Origin: Phoronis australis
Lineage: Eukaryota > Animalia > Phoronida
Assembly (NCBI GenBank): GCA_002633005.1
Contig: NMRA01000593.1
Coordinates: 1-64,000, forward strand
DNA length: 64,000 nucleotides
Direction of reading: 5' to 3'
The notes below the pieces were generated by a model. The model saw only the letters and a program-made list of their open reading frames with translations. It did no database searches and was not told the DNA's origin. Both the position numbers and the translations under genes were made by a program. This document shows, piece after piece, positions 14,188 through 24,890 of the stretch (position 1 is the stretch's first letter; each line of letters starts with the position of its first letter).

Positions 14188-15001
14188 CTAAAATGAAGGT
14201 TAAGAAGCACAGAGTAAAGTAAACGTATTTAGACCGAGATGGGTTTTCACCCTGTACTTTCCGGTCACCGCAGGAGTAGCCTGTTGTGTTTACTGCCCAT
14301 GGCAGTTGAGTACAAACGACAATCATTCAAGTTACCATAAGGCACTTTTTCTTTATGCCATAGCTAATTTTATACACCTTAACTTCATTTAATCAGTTGG
14401 CCAGTGTCCAACTAAGGTTTCTTGCAGTCCTAAACTTTGAATAGATTCCAAAACTTTATAATCTCTGACTGTTTTCGCCACAATTTTACGCCACACAATT
14501 TTCGACCAGTCCCTTATTACTTTTCTAGGCCACACAATATGTGTCGCTGTGGACCACAAACATTGTCGCTAAAGCCGCGACAATATAAGTCACCTGCGGC
14601 AATATACAGACTTGTTTTGCGGAAATATGAACCGATGACTCTGACTGATTGTCCTCTCAAAGTTGCATTTTGGCCTGTTTAGCTGGCTAAAACGAAAATC
14701 GAATTGTAAGATTCACCCTGAGTTTGATAATGTCAGTCTGTTAATATACGATTGTTGTTCCGTCACCAACAAGAAACCAGCGACTCAGGAAAGCGCTTCA
14801 GAATTACATGTATTGGGGTTGGCCAGCCTTAAGTTCGAAAATGGCACCTTTGGCCATTTTCTGCGACTTCAAATGAAACCCTGTCTTGGTAAAAACATTA
14901 TGAGGCCAATAACAAGTGTAAGAACTAATTCAGTTTTTTTGTTTTGCAGCCAGCTAAATAGGTTAAAGTGTGGCTTTAAGCGAAGAGTACCTTCAACTTA
15001 C

Positions 15002-15217
15002 CGTAACATTCTGGCTGAAAACCATCAAATGTCCAATAAAAAATGTTGTAGTCACGTGCAATCTGCCTACACTTTGGCCTGTTGTAATGTTGCTGACTAC
15101 GTGGGATGACGTAACCTGAATGACAACGATATTCGCACGTGCTTCCGGAAGTCTTACCATCACAAACCAGATCCGCGTTCGCTAATTTACTGACCGGATT
15201 TTCCGCACACATACCCC
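15002..15217 (-). CDS. Gene B exon: Sushi/CCP domain
   Basis: GMCAENP...LVCDGKTSGSTCEYRCHSGYVIP...C...YWTFDGFQPECY; 216 nt phase 1-1. Confidence 0.83.
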
Positions 15218-15739
15218 CTGAAAATGTGTTCAACGTCTTATTAAATCGAGCCAGAAAACAAATTGAGTAAATAATGTTGATGACGAATTTACAAAACAAT
15301 GGTACACAGCATCAATAACGATATTAAGCGGATCAACGTTAGAAACAAATGTACAATTTGAAAAGATACCCCATCGAATATTTCTACCGGCATGAGATTC
15401 AGGTGGTTCCGTGTTTACTATGTGTATAGAGACTTAAGCAAGTAGTTAATCTTGCAAAAAACAGAAAAAAAGAAATAACTCTTTGTAGATAATTTCCTGA
15501 AATAACCTAGTTATTCGTATTTATCTTGAGATTTTAAAATCCTCGCACATACTGATACACTTTGTCGTTGTTGTTATGACTCTCGATTCGTTGTACTGGA
15601 AATTCATATTAAAACTGTTCTCTCATCTCACACGTTTTAATACAAAAGATTAGCACGTGCTCCTTTTGACGGTAATGAGAGATTTCTCCAACAGATAGTA
15701 AGTGGGTTCAATGAAAGAACATAAGCGACTACATGTACG

Positions 15740-17751
15740 CTAGGCATTTATCCGTCTTCTTGGAAACATGGAATTATGGTCCCCATACACAAAAAAGGCT
15801 CCAAAACTGAAATTTCAAATTATCGCCCAATAACATTACTTAACACCCTGTCCAAAATCTTGGAGAAGATCATTGCTCAAAGTATTCTTACATTTCTCAA
15901 ACAAAACAACTTGATCTATCATCGTCAATTTGTTTTTTTGCGTGGGAACAGCACCGTGGCACAACTTGTTGAAATAGTACATGAGATTCATTTACATTTT
16001 GAGAAGGGAGAGAGATTCAGGTCCATTTTTCTAGATATAGCTTCTGCTTTCGACTGTGTCCCTCACGACCTTCTACTTCACAAACTTCGATCCTATGGCA
16101 TTACTGGTAATCTTTTAAACATGATCACCTCATATCTCTCCGAAAGAACATACAGTGTTCGTGTCGATGGCGTACTTTCAATTTTATCCCATCCTGGATT
16201 TGTAAACGCAGGTGTACCGCAGGGTAGCGTATTGGGCCCTCTTCTCTTCTTGGTTTATATTAATGACCTTCCTGATAACCTGTCATGTAGCACATACCTT
16301 TATGCAGATGACACGGCGCTTTTTTACCCCTTCGCAGGGAGCAGCCCTGAATGTTCTTTGCAGCTTCAACACGACTTAAATAAACTAAGCTATTGGTCAC
16401 AAGAATGGAGAATGAATTTTAAACCAGAAAAAAGCGTTGACCTTACCTTCTCCAAATCTATTAATGCTCTCTTCCTTGTTGACCCGTCTTATGACCTTAA
16501 ACTTAATGATGAAATCATTCCTAGAAAACAGTCGCACAGACATCTGGGTATACTGTTAGATGAAAAACTCTCATTCACCCCTCACGTTCGGGAGCTCGTA
16601 CAAAAAACTCAGGAACTAATTAACCCACTTAAGCTTGTCTCTCGTCATCTGAATTCTACACATTTAGAAGTTTTGTTCAAGTCCTTTGTACTTCCACACA
16701 TTGATTATTGTGATATTATATATCAGTCTGCCAATACGGGTGCACTCCAACATTTGGAGAAGTTACAATATCAAGCCGCCTTACTCATAACTGGAGCTTA
16801 CAGGGGATCCAATAGTGTTAAGGTTTTGAATAATCTCAAGTGGCCCAAACTGTCTACTCGACGCAATCTTCACATGACCACATTTACGTTCAAGGTAATA
16901 AACAATGTCAACAACGTGTCTGTCAAAAAAATATTTGATCTATATATTAGACAAGGCCATCGTAGTGATTTGAGATTCTCCACCCCATATGCAATTCCTC
17001 CGTCGTTCAGTCAGGCATTCAGAAGGTCTACAGTCATGATGTGCATCAACAACTGGAATTCTCTTCCAGTCTCTGTTAAGGAAAGCAACTCTTTTACGAG
17101 TATAAAAAATAATTTTAGAACTGTTTTTCATAATTTTGATAACTCAACACCCTTGACTCAATTCTCCCTTACCCGCGATAACGAAATAGCATTGTACAGA
17201 TCAAGATGTGGCCTTTTCCTCAACTCTGACAAGTTCAGGCACAACTTTAGTAATGTATCTCCAAACTGTAAATGTGGTGACCATCAATCTTATCCTCATA
17301 TTTTCTTCAAATGTCCCCTCATCGAATCCCTGAGAGACTCACTCTTTCGTGCACTCAATGATAACCAATCAGTTGTTAACGCTCTCAATTCTTGTAATAA
17401 TATCCCTACTAGAGTTACATTATTACTGAATGGTAGTCCTAACCTTGACTTTGTTCTCAACGAATTCCTCCTAAGCAACGTTAGCAAATTTTTATGTACC
17501 GTTTATCAATACTGTTGCATCTGATTTCCCTACATGAATCTGTAAATATTTTTGTTTTTATATATCTGTAATAGCATGTCTAAGTATTGGAATACTTATT
17601 TTAGATACTACTTAATTGTATATACCTCTATGTATATAAGTTTCATTTTTGAATTGTTTACAACCCAGATATAATGCTTCGCGGTTTCTGGGTTTGTTAT
17701 TATTTCTTTGTATGTTCTGTGTATCCTTCAATAAATATATATCACAGTGAA
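15740..17751 (+). mobile_element. 5'-truncated non-LTR retrotransposon (CR1/L2 group LINE), intronic and antisense to gene B
   Basis: Starts mid-ORF2 (GIYPSSWKHG..VPIHKKG); AT-rich 3'UTR with AATAAA at ~17730; 12-bp direct repeat ACTACATGTACG at 15728-15739 and 17752-17763. Confidence 0.9.
15776..17524 (+). CDS. LINE ORF2 reverse transcriptase domain plus C-terminal CCHC-like motif (endonuclease missing)
   Basis: NYRPITLL, FLDIASAFD, GVPQGSVLGPLLF, YADD, HLGI; C-terminal CKCGDHQSYPHIFFKCP; 582 aa with no stops. Confidence 0.93.
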   Translation: MVPIHKKGSKTEISNYRPITLLNTLSKILEKIIAQSILTFLKQNNLIYHRQFVFLRGNSTVAQLVEIVHEIHLHFEKGERFRSIFLDIASAFDCVPHDLLLHKLRSYGITGNLLNMITSYLSERTYSVRVDGVLSILSHPGFVNAGVPQGSVLGPLLFLVYINDLPDNLSCSTYLYADDTALFYPFAGSSPECSLQLQHDLNKLSYWSQEWRMNFKPEKSVDLTFSKSINALFLVDPSYDLKLNDEIIPRKQSHRHLGILLDEKLSFTPHVRELVQKTQELINPLKLVSRHLNSTHLEVLFKSFVLPHIDYCDIIYQSANTGALQHLEKLQYQAALLITGAYRGSNSVKVLNNLKWPKLSTRRNLHMTTFTFKVINNVNNVSVKKIFDLYIRQGHRSDLRFSTPYAIPPSFSQAFRRSTVMMCINNWNSLPVSVKESNSFTSIKNNFRTVFHNFDNSTPLTQFSLTRDNEIALYRSRCGLFLNSDKFRHNFSNVSPNCKCGDHQSYPHIFFKCPLIESLRDSLFRALNDNQSVVNALNSCNNIPTRVTLLLNGSPNLDFVLNEFLLSNVSKFLCTVYQYCCI

Positions 17752-17766
17752 ACTACATGTACGTAC

Positions 17767-17946
17767 TTAAGCACAGAGGTTTACCCCTCCAATATAAAGT
17801 GTTCCCGGAATCCTCACACACAGGAGGCGCTGTAGCTCGAAAGTAACCCTCACAGCACGAGTATTCGCAATCCCTTCCCCAAACTCTATCACACCCTGCT
17901 TTAACCCAGCCATGGTCTGGTGGTCGAGGAGAGCCACAACGCCTCA
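17767..17946 (-). CDS. Gene B exon: Sushi/CCP domain
   Basis: RRCGSPRPPDHGWV..GCDRVWGRDCEYSCCEGY...VCED...YWRGKPLCL; 180 nt phase 1-1. Confidence 0.85.
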
Positions 17947-19126
17947 CTGAAATATAGGGAGTAGATCAAGACAACGCAAAACGCTGTAGAAGACAAAATA
18001 CACCGACAATACATTAGACTATTAAAATGATCGCGTAAATTGTCCATAATATTTTCATTTCACAGTTCCTATACAGTATTAAATCCGCTTGCATGCAGTA
18101 GGTATCAAATGTCTTAGGGAAAATATTGCCTCATTTTTTTACCCTGAAAGGTATTCTAGCTAAGAGATTTTCGCTTTTAAGCGAAAAACTAAAAAAGCGA
18201 TCAGGTTCAGCGGACCGCTTATTATAGTTCCCATTGAGCGTCTATTAAAACCATTGTAACTTTAAAGGAGAACATGAATCCTTTTGGAGATGGATATTTC
18301 AAATTTGCACATTGTGAAACTTGTTTTGAACCATTACAGTGAGAGTTTGTGCAAATTAAAGCGAAATTATAAAAAACAACTTCTTCACCGGAAACTTGAG
18401 GTTGAGACCAAGTTCCAAAAATGTCAGCCGATCCGAGTACTGAGAAATTGTCCACTAGCTTTTCTGGTCAGAAGTTTGATTTCAGTAGTTGAGTCAACCG
18501 TCTATTTTCAGTCCCAGCCTCGGTTGTGCGCATAGCAATGCCATTTTGAGTAAAAGAATGGTGCCAGTAATAACCCTTAATACGTCAGCGTTCTGACTGT
18601 GCCTCGCTTCCGCTGTCACGGTCAGCCTCCTTTAGACTATTTGGCAAGTTGATAGTTTGCTTGTAGCTTGAAACTGAGTGCCATCAATTGCGTGATTGGA
18701 CATTCATTTGCATAAATCACAAAGTACGTGAGCACTCGGAAACGGGTCCTTGCCTTGAGTTTGTTCTAAAGTATATGTAGAACGCCAAATGTCATAAATG
18801 GTTTCGAGTTCGATTTCAAGTTCATAAATTAGACCCCGGATCCAGGACTACACTCTCAAACTTGAGCTTGGTCTGTCAAATCGTGTGTTGAAATAGTTTT
18901 GAAATGGTACTTAATCAGATATTTGTTTGGTTTCTTTTTTCATTCATTGTATTGATATTACACTTTCTTTCTCATCACCGACTTGCTGTCTATCTAGAAG
19001 ACCTCCCAGTCGTCTATGCACCTACCCACTTGTCTATCAACCCACCAATCCACCACTCCATCCATTCATCCACCCGCTGCCTATTTTCTATCCGAGTCTC
19101 TTTATTTCAGTTTTAGGGCCACTTAC

Positions 19127-19257
19127 CACTAACGTGCAGCTGCACACACTTTGTGAACTTGCATTTATCCCAGTAACCTGTGTACGTCAGTGATCGCGTT
19201 CCTTCTGACAACCACGTTCCATACGAGTTATACCACGACGGGGGCGAGTAGCAGCTC
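19127..19257 (-). CDS. Gene B exon: C-terminal half of a HYR-like domain
   Basis: SCYSPPSWYNSYGTWLSEGTRSLTYTGYWDKCKFTKCVQLHVS; strong G|gtaagt donor; phase 2->1. Confidence 0.6.
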
Positions 19258-19856
19258 CTACGTTTCGAATCGAATACATTTACAATCAAGAAGCATCGAT
19301 TAGAAGAATAGAACATATTTAAGAGTTAGTCTTAGGGGACTTGTTTAGGTGGCGCCACATCCTAGTCAATCATGTACGCCGCAAGATTTTTTGCAAATTA
19401 CGCTAAACCATTGGTAAACCTTCAAAGTCACGCTACCGTGAGTACGTGTACGTTTCAAATGTAGTTGGACGCTTTTGGAGGCAATTGGAGTTTTTTAAAT
19501 ATTTCCAGCTCAACATTTTCCCAACAAGTCTTTCGTTTCTATACCGAAATCGTGAACTGTCATTTCTGCTGTGATTGTATTACTGCGCATGTCTAGAAGC
19601 ACTCGAGGTAGACCTCTCTGAAAAAACAATAGAATCATGAAATGGCGACGATATGCGCAACGGATGTTCATAAGCGTACTTTTTCGAGTTTTTCGTCGAA
19701 ATGTAGGCGAACAGCACACACACGTACACATGGGAGAGTGAACATACAGTAATGTTTAGCCGAAAATTCGGTGAAATACGGGCAATAAAAACATAGTTTC
19801 TTGACGGTTTGGTAAAACGTGTACTTGACGCTTGCTGTTGATTTGCCTTCATGTAC

Positions 19857-20022
19857 TTGTGGGAGTAGTCTGGGGAAGGTTTGAACAAAACTACTGCCAC
19901 AAAATGGTGCGTATGATGTGTAGATGCCTTAGTGATCGTGGATATTTCATAATTATTGGCGCTTTCCAGTAAACTGCGACTTCCGCTTGCCTGATCCCGC
20001 CTCACATTGAGGCGAACACTAA
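19857..20022 (-). CDS. Candidate gene B exon (possible N-terminal half of HYR-like domain)
   Basis: ttcttcag acceptor, AA|gtacat donor, open in phase 1->2, which matches the next exon; no unambiguous domain motif. Confidence 0.3.
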
Positions 20023-21638
20023 CTGAAGAAAGTAGGAACGGAACGAGGGGAGCTAATTCAAAAACTACTTCCATGTTGTTTAAGAATCACAGTGAATGTT
20101 TCGCGTATTTGAATGGCAAATATGATTCAAATGACACCAGATACTACAAATGAAATGCATCTCGTTGAGCAGCAAACACATACCAAAACGTTGTTATCAA
20201 AACAAGATTCTGCGTAAAATCATTTTTATGTGCCAAAACTCTTAAATTTAGAGATCGGTGAATTATTAGTCACGTGAGTAATTAAAAGGGTCTATAGCAA
20301 GCAAAAGTATTTGTCTCACCCACAGTTCAGCTGAGGACTGTCCTTGTAGTGAGGGGTATGCTGAACACCGTAATAAACCAGACATGGGAGTAGGTGATTT
20401 ACTATTACCCAAGCATACAAAACCTGTACTTTTTTCGAGTGTGACAAACTCCTGTCCCTTAACTTGAGACCACTGGTACTAAAACACATATCAAATGTTT
20501 CAGGGCCATTCACCTGTGTAAACTGTATAATCCTCTGCCTTTCCCTATATGTCTGGACCCAACCTGATAGTGCACACCTAGGGCTGCAATTAGTGAGCAT
20601 CAAGGGCTTATCTTAGCAAGCCAAACGGGTGGCATTTCAATTGAACGAGGTCATCACCAAACTGTGGACTATGAGCTTCATGCAAAACAAACCGCCATAC
20701 ATCCCCCGTCGCGTTTGTGTCCGCAGTGCCATTGGTCAAACCAAAGAACTGCCCCTTTACATATTTATAGCGTCAAACCAAGTTATACAACCTCCTCACA
20801 ACTGTCCGGTACACTGTAGGAGATTGCCAGAATCAGTCACATCTTTCCGGGCAGCACAATTGACTGTTCCCAAATACTACCACAAATAAACTGGCGTTAC
20901 GGCACCATGGCGACCACGAACAGAGAAAATGCGCTAGGCTCAAGTCAACGGCAGCCAAGATCATCGTGTTGATGTATCAAACACCTCGATACAGGCTAAA
21001 TCTTTGGCCTCATGCTGCATCACTATTTCATCCGGGTAGAGCCCTCATCTCTCCCATAGGCAATAGCATATTCATTACTGGTATTTAAGTGACTTAGCTC
21101 ATCACCGGCGGTCCTCGTTTGTACGGTCAACAGTGCACCAGTTAAACGTACGGCCATAGTTTACGCGGCCAGTACAATAGGCTACATGCCACGTTGCTCC
21201 TGCAGCCCTCCCTTACACACATCCCCTCTTTCCTATCACCCGCACCTGGGTCACGGCCATAAACCACGTTTGTTGTGGCGGTGTACAGGGCTGATCGTCC
21301 ATGAGCAGTCCTGTCCATGTGGAGATATGTGGGCAAAATACCACCGCCCCTTACCTCCATGAACTGTATGTACCCACACAGCGACAGCACTGCTCACTCC
21401 GGGCTTTCCGCAACTGAGCAAATTAATGTTTCCACATTCCGGTAGACTGGCTCACTCAGTGCGGCCGGAACCTCTGTTGTCAGTATTATCGCCCAGTTGG
21501 CCGTTATCCTGATATTGCATATTCGTTTTTTTCTCCTTTGACAGTTAGTAGCCATCTGCTAGTTCAAGTTGTCGTTTTACACCAGCCCTTATAGCAAGCA
21601 ATCGGACAATACCCATTTGGTTTTCGCTAGCTACGTAC

Positions 21639-21852
21639 GTAAGAATCCTGCAGCACCCATCTGGTACCTACATATATAAGTGATTACTGTTGTTTCGTGA
21701 TGATACCCTGATGCGTACCGCAACTTCTGTGTATCACAGAAATTGCCAACATCCCTGTAACAAACTTCATCAAACCACTCTCGTTTTGTGTTATTTGTCG
21801 ACAACATTGACCAATAATGACTACGTACACGATATTTCCCTCCTAGCCAACT
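21639..21852 (-). CDS. Candidate gene B exon (Cys/Tyr-rich, weakly EMI-like)
   Basis: ttccag acceptor, C|gtacgt donor, open in phase 0->1: SWLGGKYRVRSHYW...EVCYRDVGNFCDTQKLRY...GFL. Confidence 0.3.
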
Positions 21853-21994
21853 CTGGAATATACATGTATGAGTGGAGACAACGTTGGCGTGAAAGTAATC
21901 CAACGCGAATTCTGGCCTCCACACACACGCAGTTGTTGCAGTTGACATATAGGCCTAGTCGTTGGGTTGCAAGGCACGATGTTTACACTCCATG

Positions 21995-23612
21995 CAAGGG
22001 GGAACATTTATGACAGGAGTCTCGGACAATTGTCATATTAGCGCTTATATGACAATAGCGGATTTGCAGCGACGCCATATTGAAATTAGGTTAAAATGGC
22101 GCATTGTGGGTGCTGTGGTCAGGATTCCGAAAGCGGCCTTAGTAACAAGCATAATACGCGGTATGAGCGCGAAGAAAACTTACGGCGGATACACTTGTTG
22201 TGTTCCTGGCTGCTTCAAAAACAACAAGAGGGATAAAAATCTTAGTTTGTGTGTTCCCTGCAAACCAAGAACTTCGTGAAAAATGGATAAACAACATTAG
22301 GAGACCTGGGAGTAAGGGAAAATTTAGCGCATTCAAACAAACGCGGGGCCATCTAGTAGGTAACACGTAGCCCCTCGGTTGGCCATGTTGGGGCTACAAT
22401 ACTTCCTTCCGCTTTCTGTACTAATTTCGTTACTCCAGTGTATTTTAAACGGGCCGTGACCGGATTTGGGTTACCGATTTCGAGTTTTCACCTCGTCAAA
22501 AATACAATCTATACACTTAAAACTATCATTTAAAAAACCCTTACTTTCATCATTGGTCCTTTCTACTTCTATACATATCTTTAATGAAGCTTAGTTGTGA
22601 GAATTAAGTTGACTTAAGCGAAGAATTACAACTCAGCTTTTTTGGTTGCCGTTAATTTTATCACCGCGTGCGCGATAACCAAAAAGCATGTCAACTGAAT
22701 CCCGGAGTTAGGCGCAAGGTTAGCGCGAGACTGAGCGAAGCGCGTGACGCTAGCGCGCGACACTTGTAAAATAGCATGAGATGGTATCGGGTGAAACTTG
22801 TAAGATGTGTGTCCCTTGGACGTTTTACTCGTATACATGCGTAATTTCACGTAACTTCCTCAAAATGGCACCCGGTAACCGTGACTGAGAGAAACTCGAA
22901 CAAACCGCGACAGATTTTCATCGCCGGATTCGTTCAAGTTTTGCTGACTAAATTGTATCCAGAGTCGTGGTATGTGTTAATTATAACTCCGTCTTCCTAT
23001 ATGTATGCCGGGTTCATTTGATTTTATTTGCTGTATTTTGAACTGAGTAACTTTTTGTGAGGATGTACTATCGCCCCTGAATGCCTGCGGCATCCAGTGC
23101 GATGTAAATGCCTAGGGGCCATCGTGTGTGCAGCGAACATTTTCCTGGTGGAAAAAAGACTTATGAGAACAACATTCCGACGGAGTTTCCACTTAAAATT
23201 AACGTCTCTAGCATATACACGGCGAAAGCTACAAAAGTTAAGCAACCCAAGAACTCTCAACTTGTCTGAAATAGGAGGAGATTTCGAAATCAACGCCGAT
23301 AACCCCAATACTGAACACGGCGACAGTCGTGCTCTCGGTCACACGGTCACTGATCATAGCTACAGGTGTACGCTGTGTTTACAAACGAGAGAGAGGACTT
23401 GCTTGGTATTATAAAGCAAAAAATGAAACATGGTTTTTAGTTTGCAAATCACTCCATATGCACACACTATCCAGCCTGCTCAAGACATGCCTGACCACAA
23501 GCTATCCCATGAGCCTTCGCGAAGGAAGTAACTCGCACATGCGCAATTCGTAGTTCGTCTGCGCTGCAAATCCGCTATTGTCCGAGACTCCTGTCATAAA
23601 TGTTCCTCCTTG
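21995..23612 (+). mobile_element. Internally deleted THAP-domain DNA transposon (P-element- or ISL2EU/Kolobok-like), intronic in gene B
   Basis: ~52-bp TIRs CAAGG(G/A)GGAACATTTATGACAGGAGTCTCGGACAAT...AGCGGATTTGCAGCG; decayed THAP from ATG 22163 (CCVPGC..FP..W..VCSEHF..IPTEFP) and a DHSY motif at ~23352; no TSD recognised. Confidence 0.8.
22354..23114. mobile_element. Nested 761-bp insertion interrupting the THAP coding sequence
   Basis: Flanked by 9-bp direct repeat GGGGCCATC (22345-22353, 23115-23123); termini TAG...CTA; removing it rejoins TRGH|RVCSEHF. Confidence 0.75.
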
Positions 23613-24849
23613 CATTTATTGCAATTGTCATATTAGCGCTTATACTTGTACATGTCCAAAACAACAAAGAATTTTAACTCGGGCTTCGCATGTAACGAAT
23701 CTCGATATAATAACCAGTGGTGCAAACACGTACGTTGTATAAACTATCTCGTCGTTTCAATGTGCAACTTGCAACATGTACCTTGAGTTAACTGCTACTT
23801 GTTGCGTTTAAATTTCTTGACAGCATTGTATTGAAAACTTATTGCGTTGCCCCTGTTTAGCTCCTAAGGGACTGTCCCCAAAAAGATACAGAGTTGGTGC
23901 CAATTCTTGCAAAGTATCATCAAAAGTTCCACTGTTTCAGATATTCGAACAGTCCCTTGCGTAATCCTGGCTACGGGCTTAGCCGATGTGACAACATATC
24001 AAACTTTCCTGGCCTCACTGAACCATTGCCTGTACATACCTATTTTAATGGTGTTGTTGTACGGTGATTTTGCCTTTATTGAAATCAAACTCCATAATTC
24101 CTTCTTGAAACAACAACATTGACAAATAAATTGTATAGTTTTAACTTGTGATAGATTTAAATTCGAGTACCCCAGTACACTCCCGAAAAACACTCATGTC
24201 TCGTTAACAATGGTGTTTAGAGACGAAACTTGACTTTTGCCAAAGATTCCGTAAGTGGGAAAGGTCAGCTCCGGTAATTAATATGCAAGGGAAAGTTCGC
24301 TTAAAACAACAGAATTTAAAACCAAAGCTTTGGTGTAGTGGGAACACCAAAAGGAAGTTTCGTCGAAGTTAGCGGTAGAGGTCGCGTCAACGATACACGA
24401 TCAGGCAAGACTGGCAAAACGCATTCGCCGTTATTGTAGCTCTCAATCGGTGGACATAAATGAATAATGAAATCATATATGATGAGGAACGACGCTGATC
24501 CTTTTCATAAATACTTGTAAATACTCAATATTCGTTTGAGAGTACGATTGAACTGCATCTACGCAAATGTACTAGTGCAATCGATTGGGCCTGAGACGTT
24601 TCGTTTGAACGCACCAATGCGCAACCTGATGATGATGATTCATGTTCACGCACAATTCGAGTTTCTAGGAACAAGGAAGTACATTCAGCGAAATACGATA
24701 TTCCGCATAATGTACTCTCTGTTCATATCAGGTTACTATAGCTGTTTTCAAGTGACGTAAAATGTAACAAATATGATAAGTTATTTATCTCATACAAGTT
24801 GAATCTGTCGAGGGAAATACGGTCATGTAATAAAGTTTTCCGTATTCAC

Positions 24850-24890
24850 CTCCCGCACTACTTCAACAGTGACCCCTGACATGGAAAGTT
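24850..24890 (-). CDS. Candidate short gene B exon 2
   Basis: cctttag acceptor, GAG|gtgaat donor, phase 1->0 (ELSMSGVTVEVVRE); supported only by phase chain. Confidence 0.2.

Noticed and set aside
15776-17524. RT as a retron/DGR-type diversifier of the neighbouring receptor genes
   Set aside because: Ordinary LINE ORF2 motifs, 5' truncation, 3'UTR and TSD; no template/variable repeat pair seen
19545-19617. Exon candidate with a good acceptor
   Set aside because: Only open frame is phase 0->1, incompatible with the phase-2 exon at 19257; no domain motif
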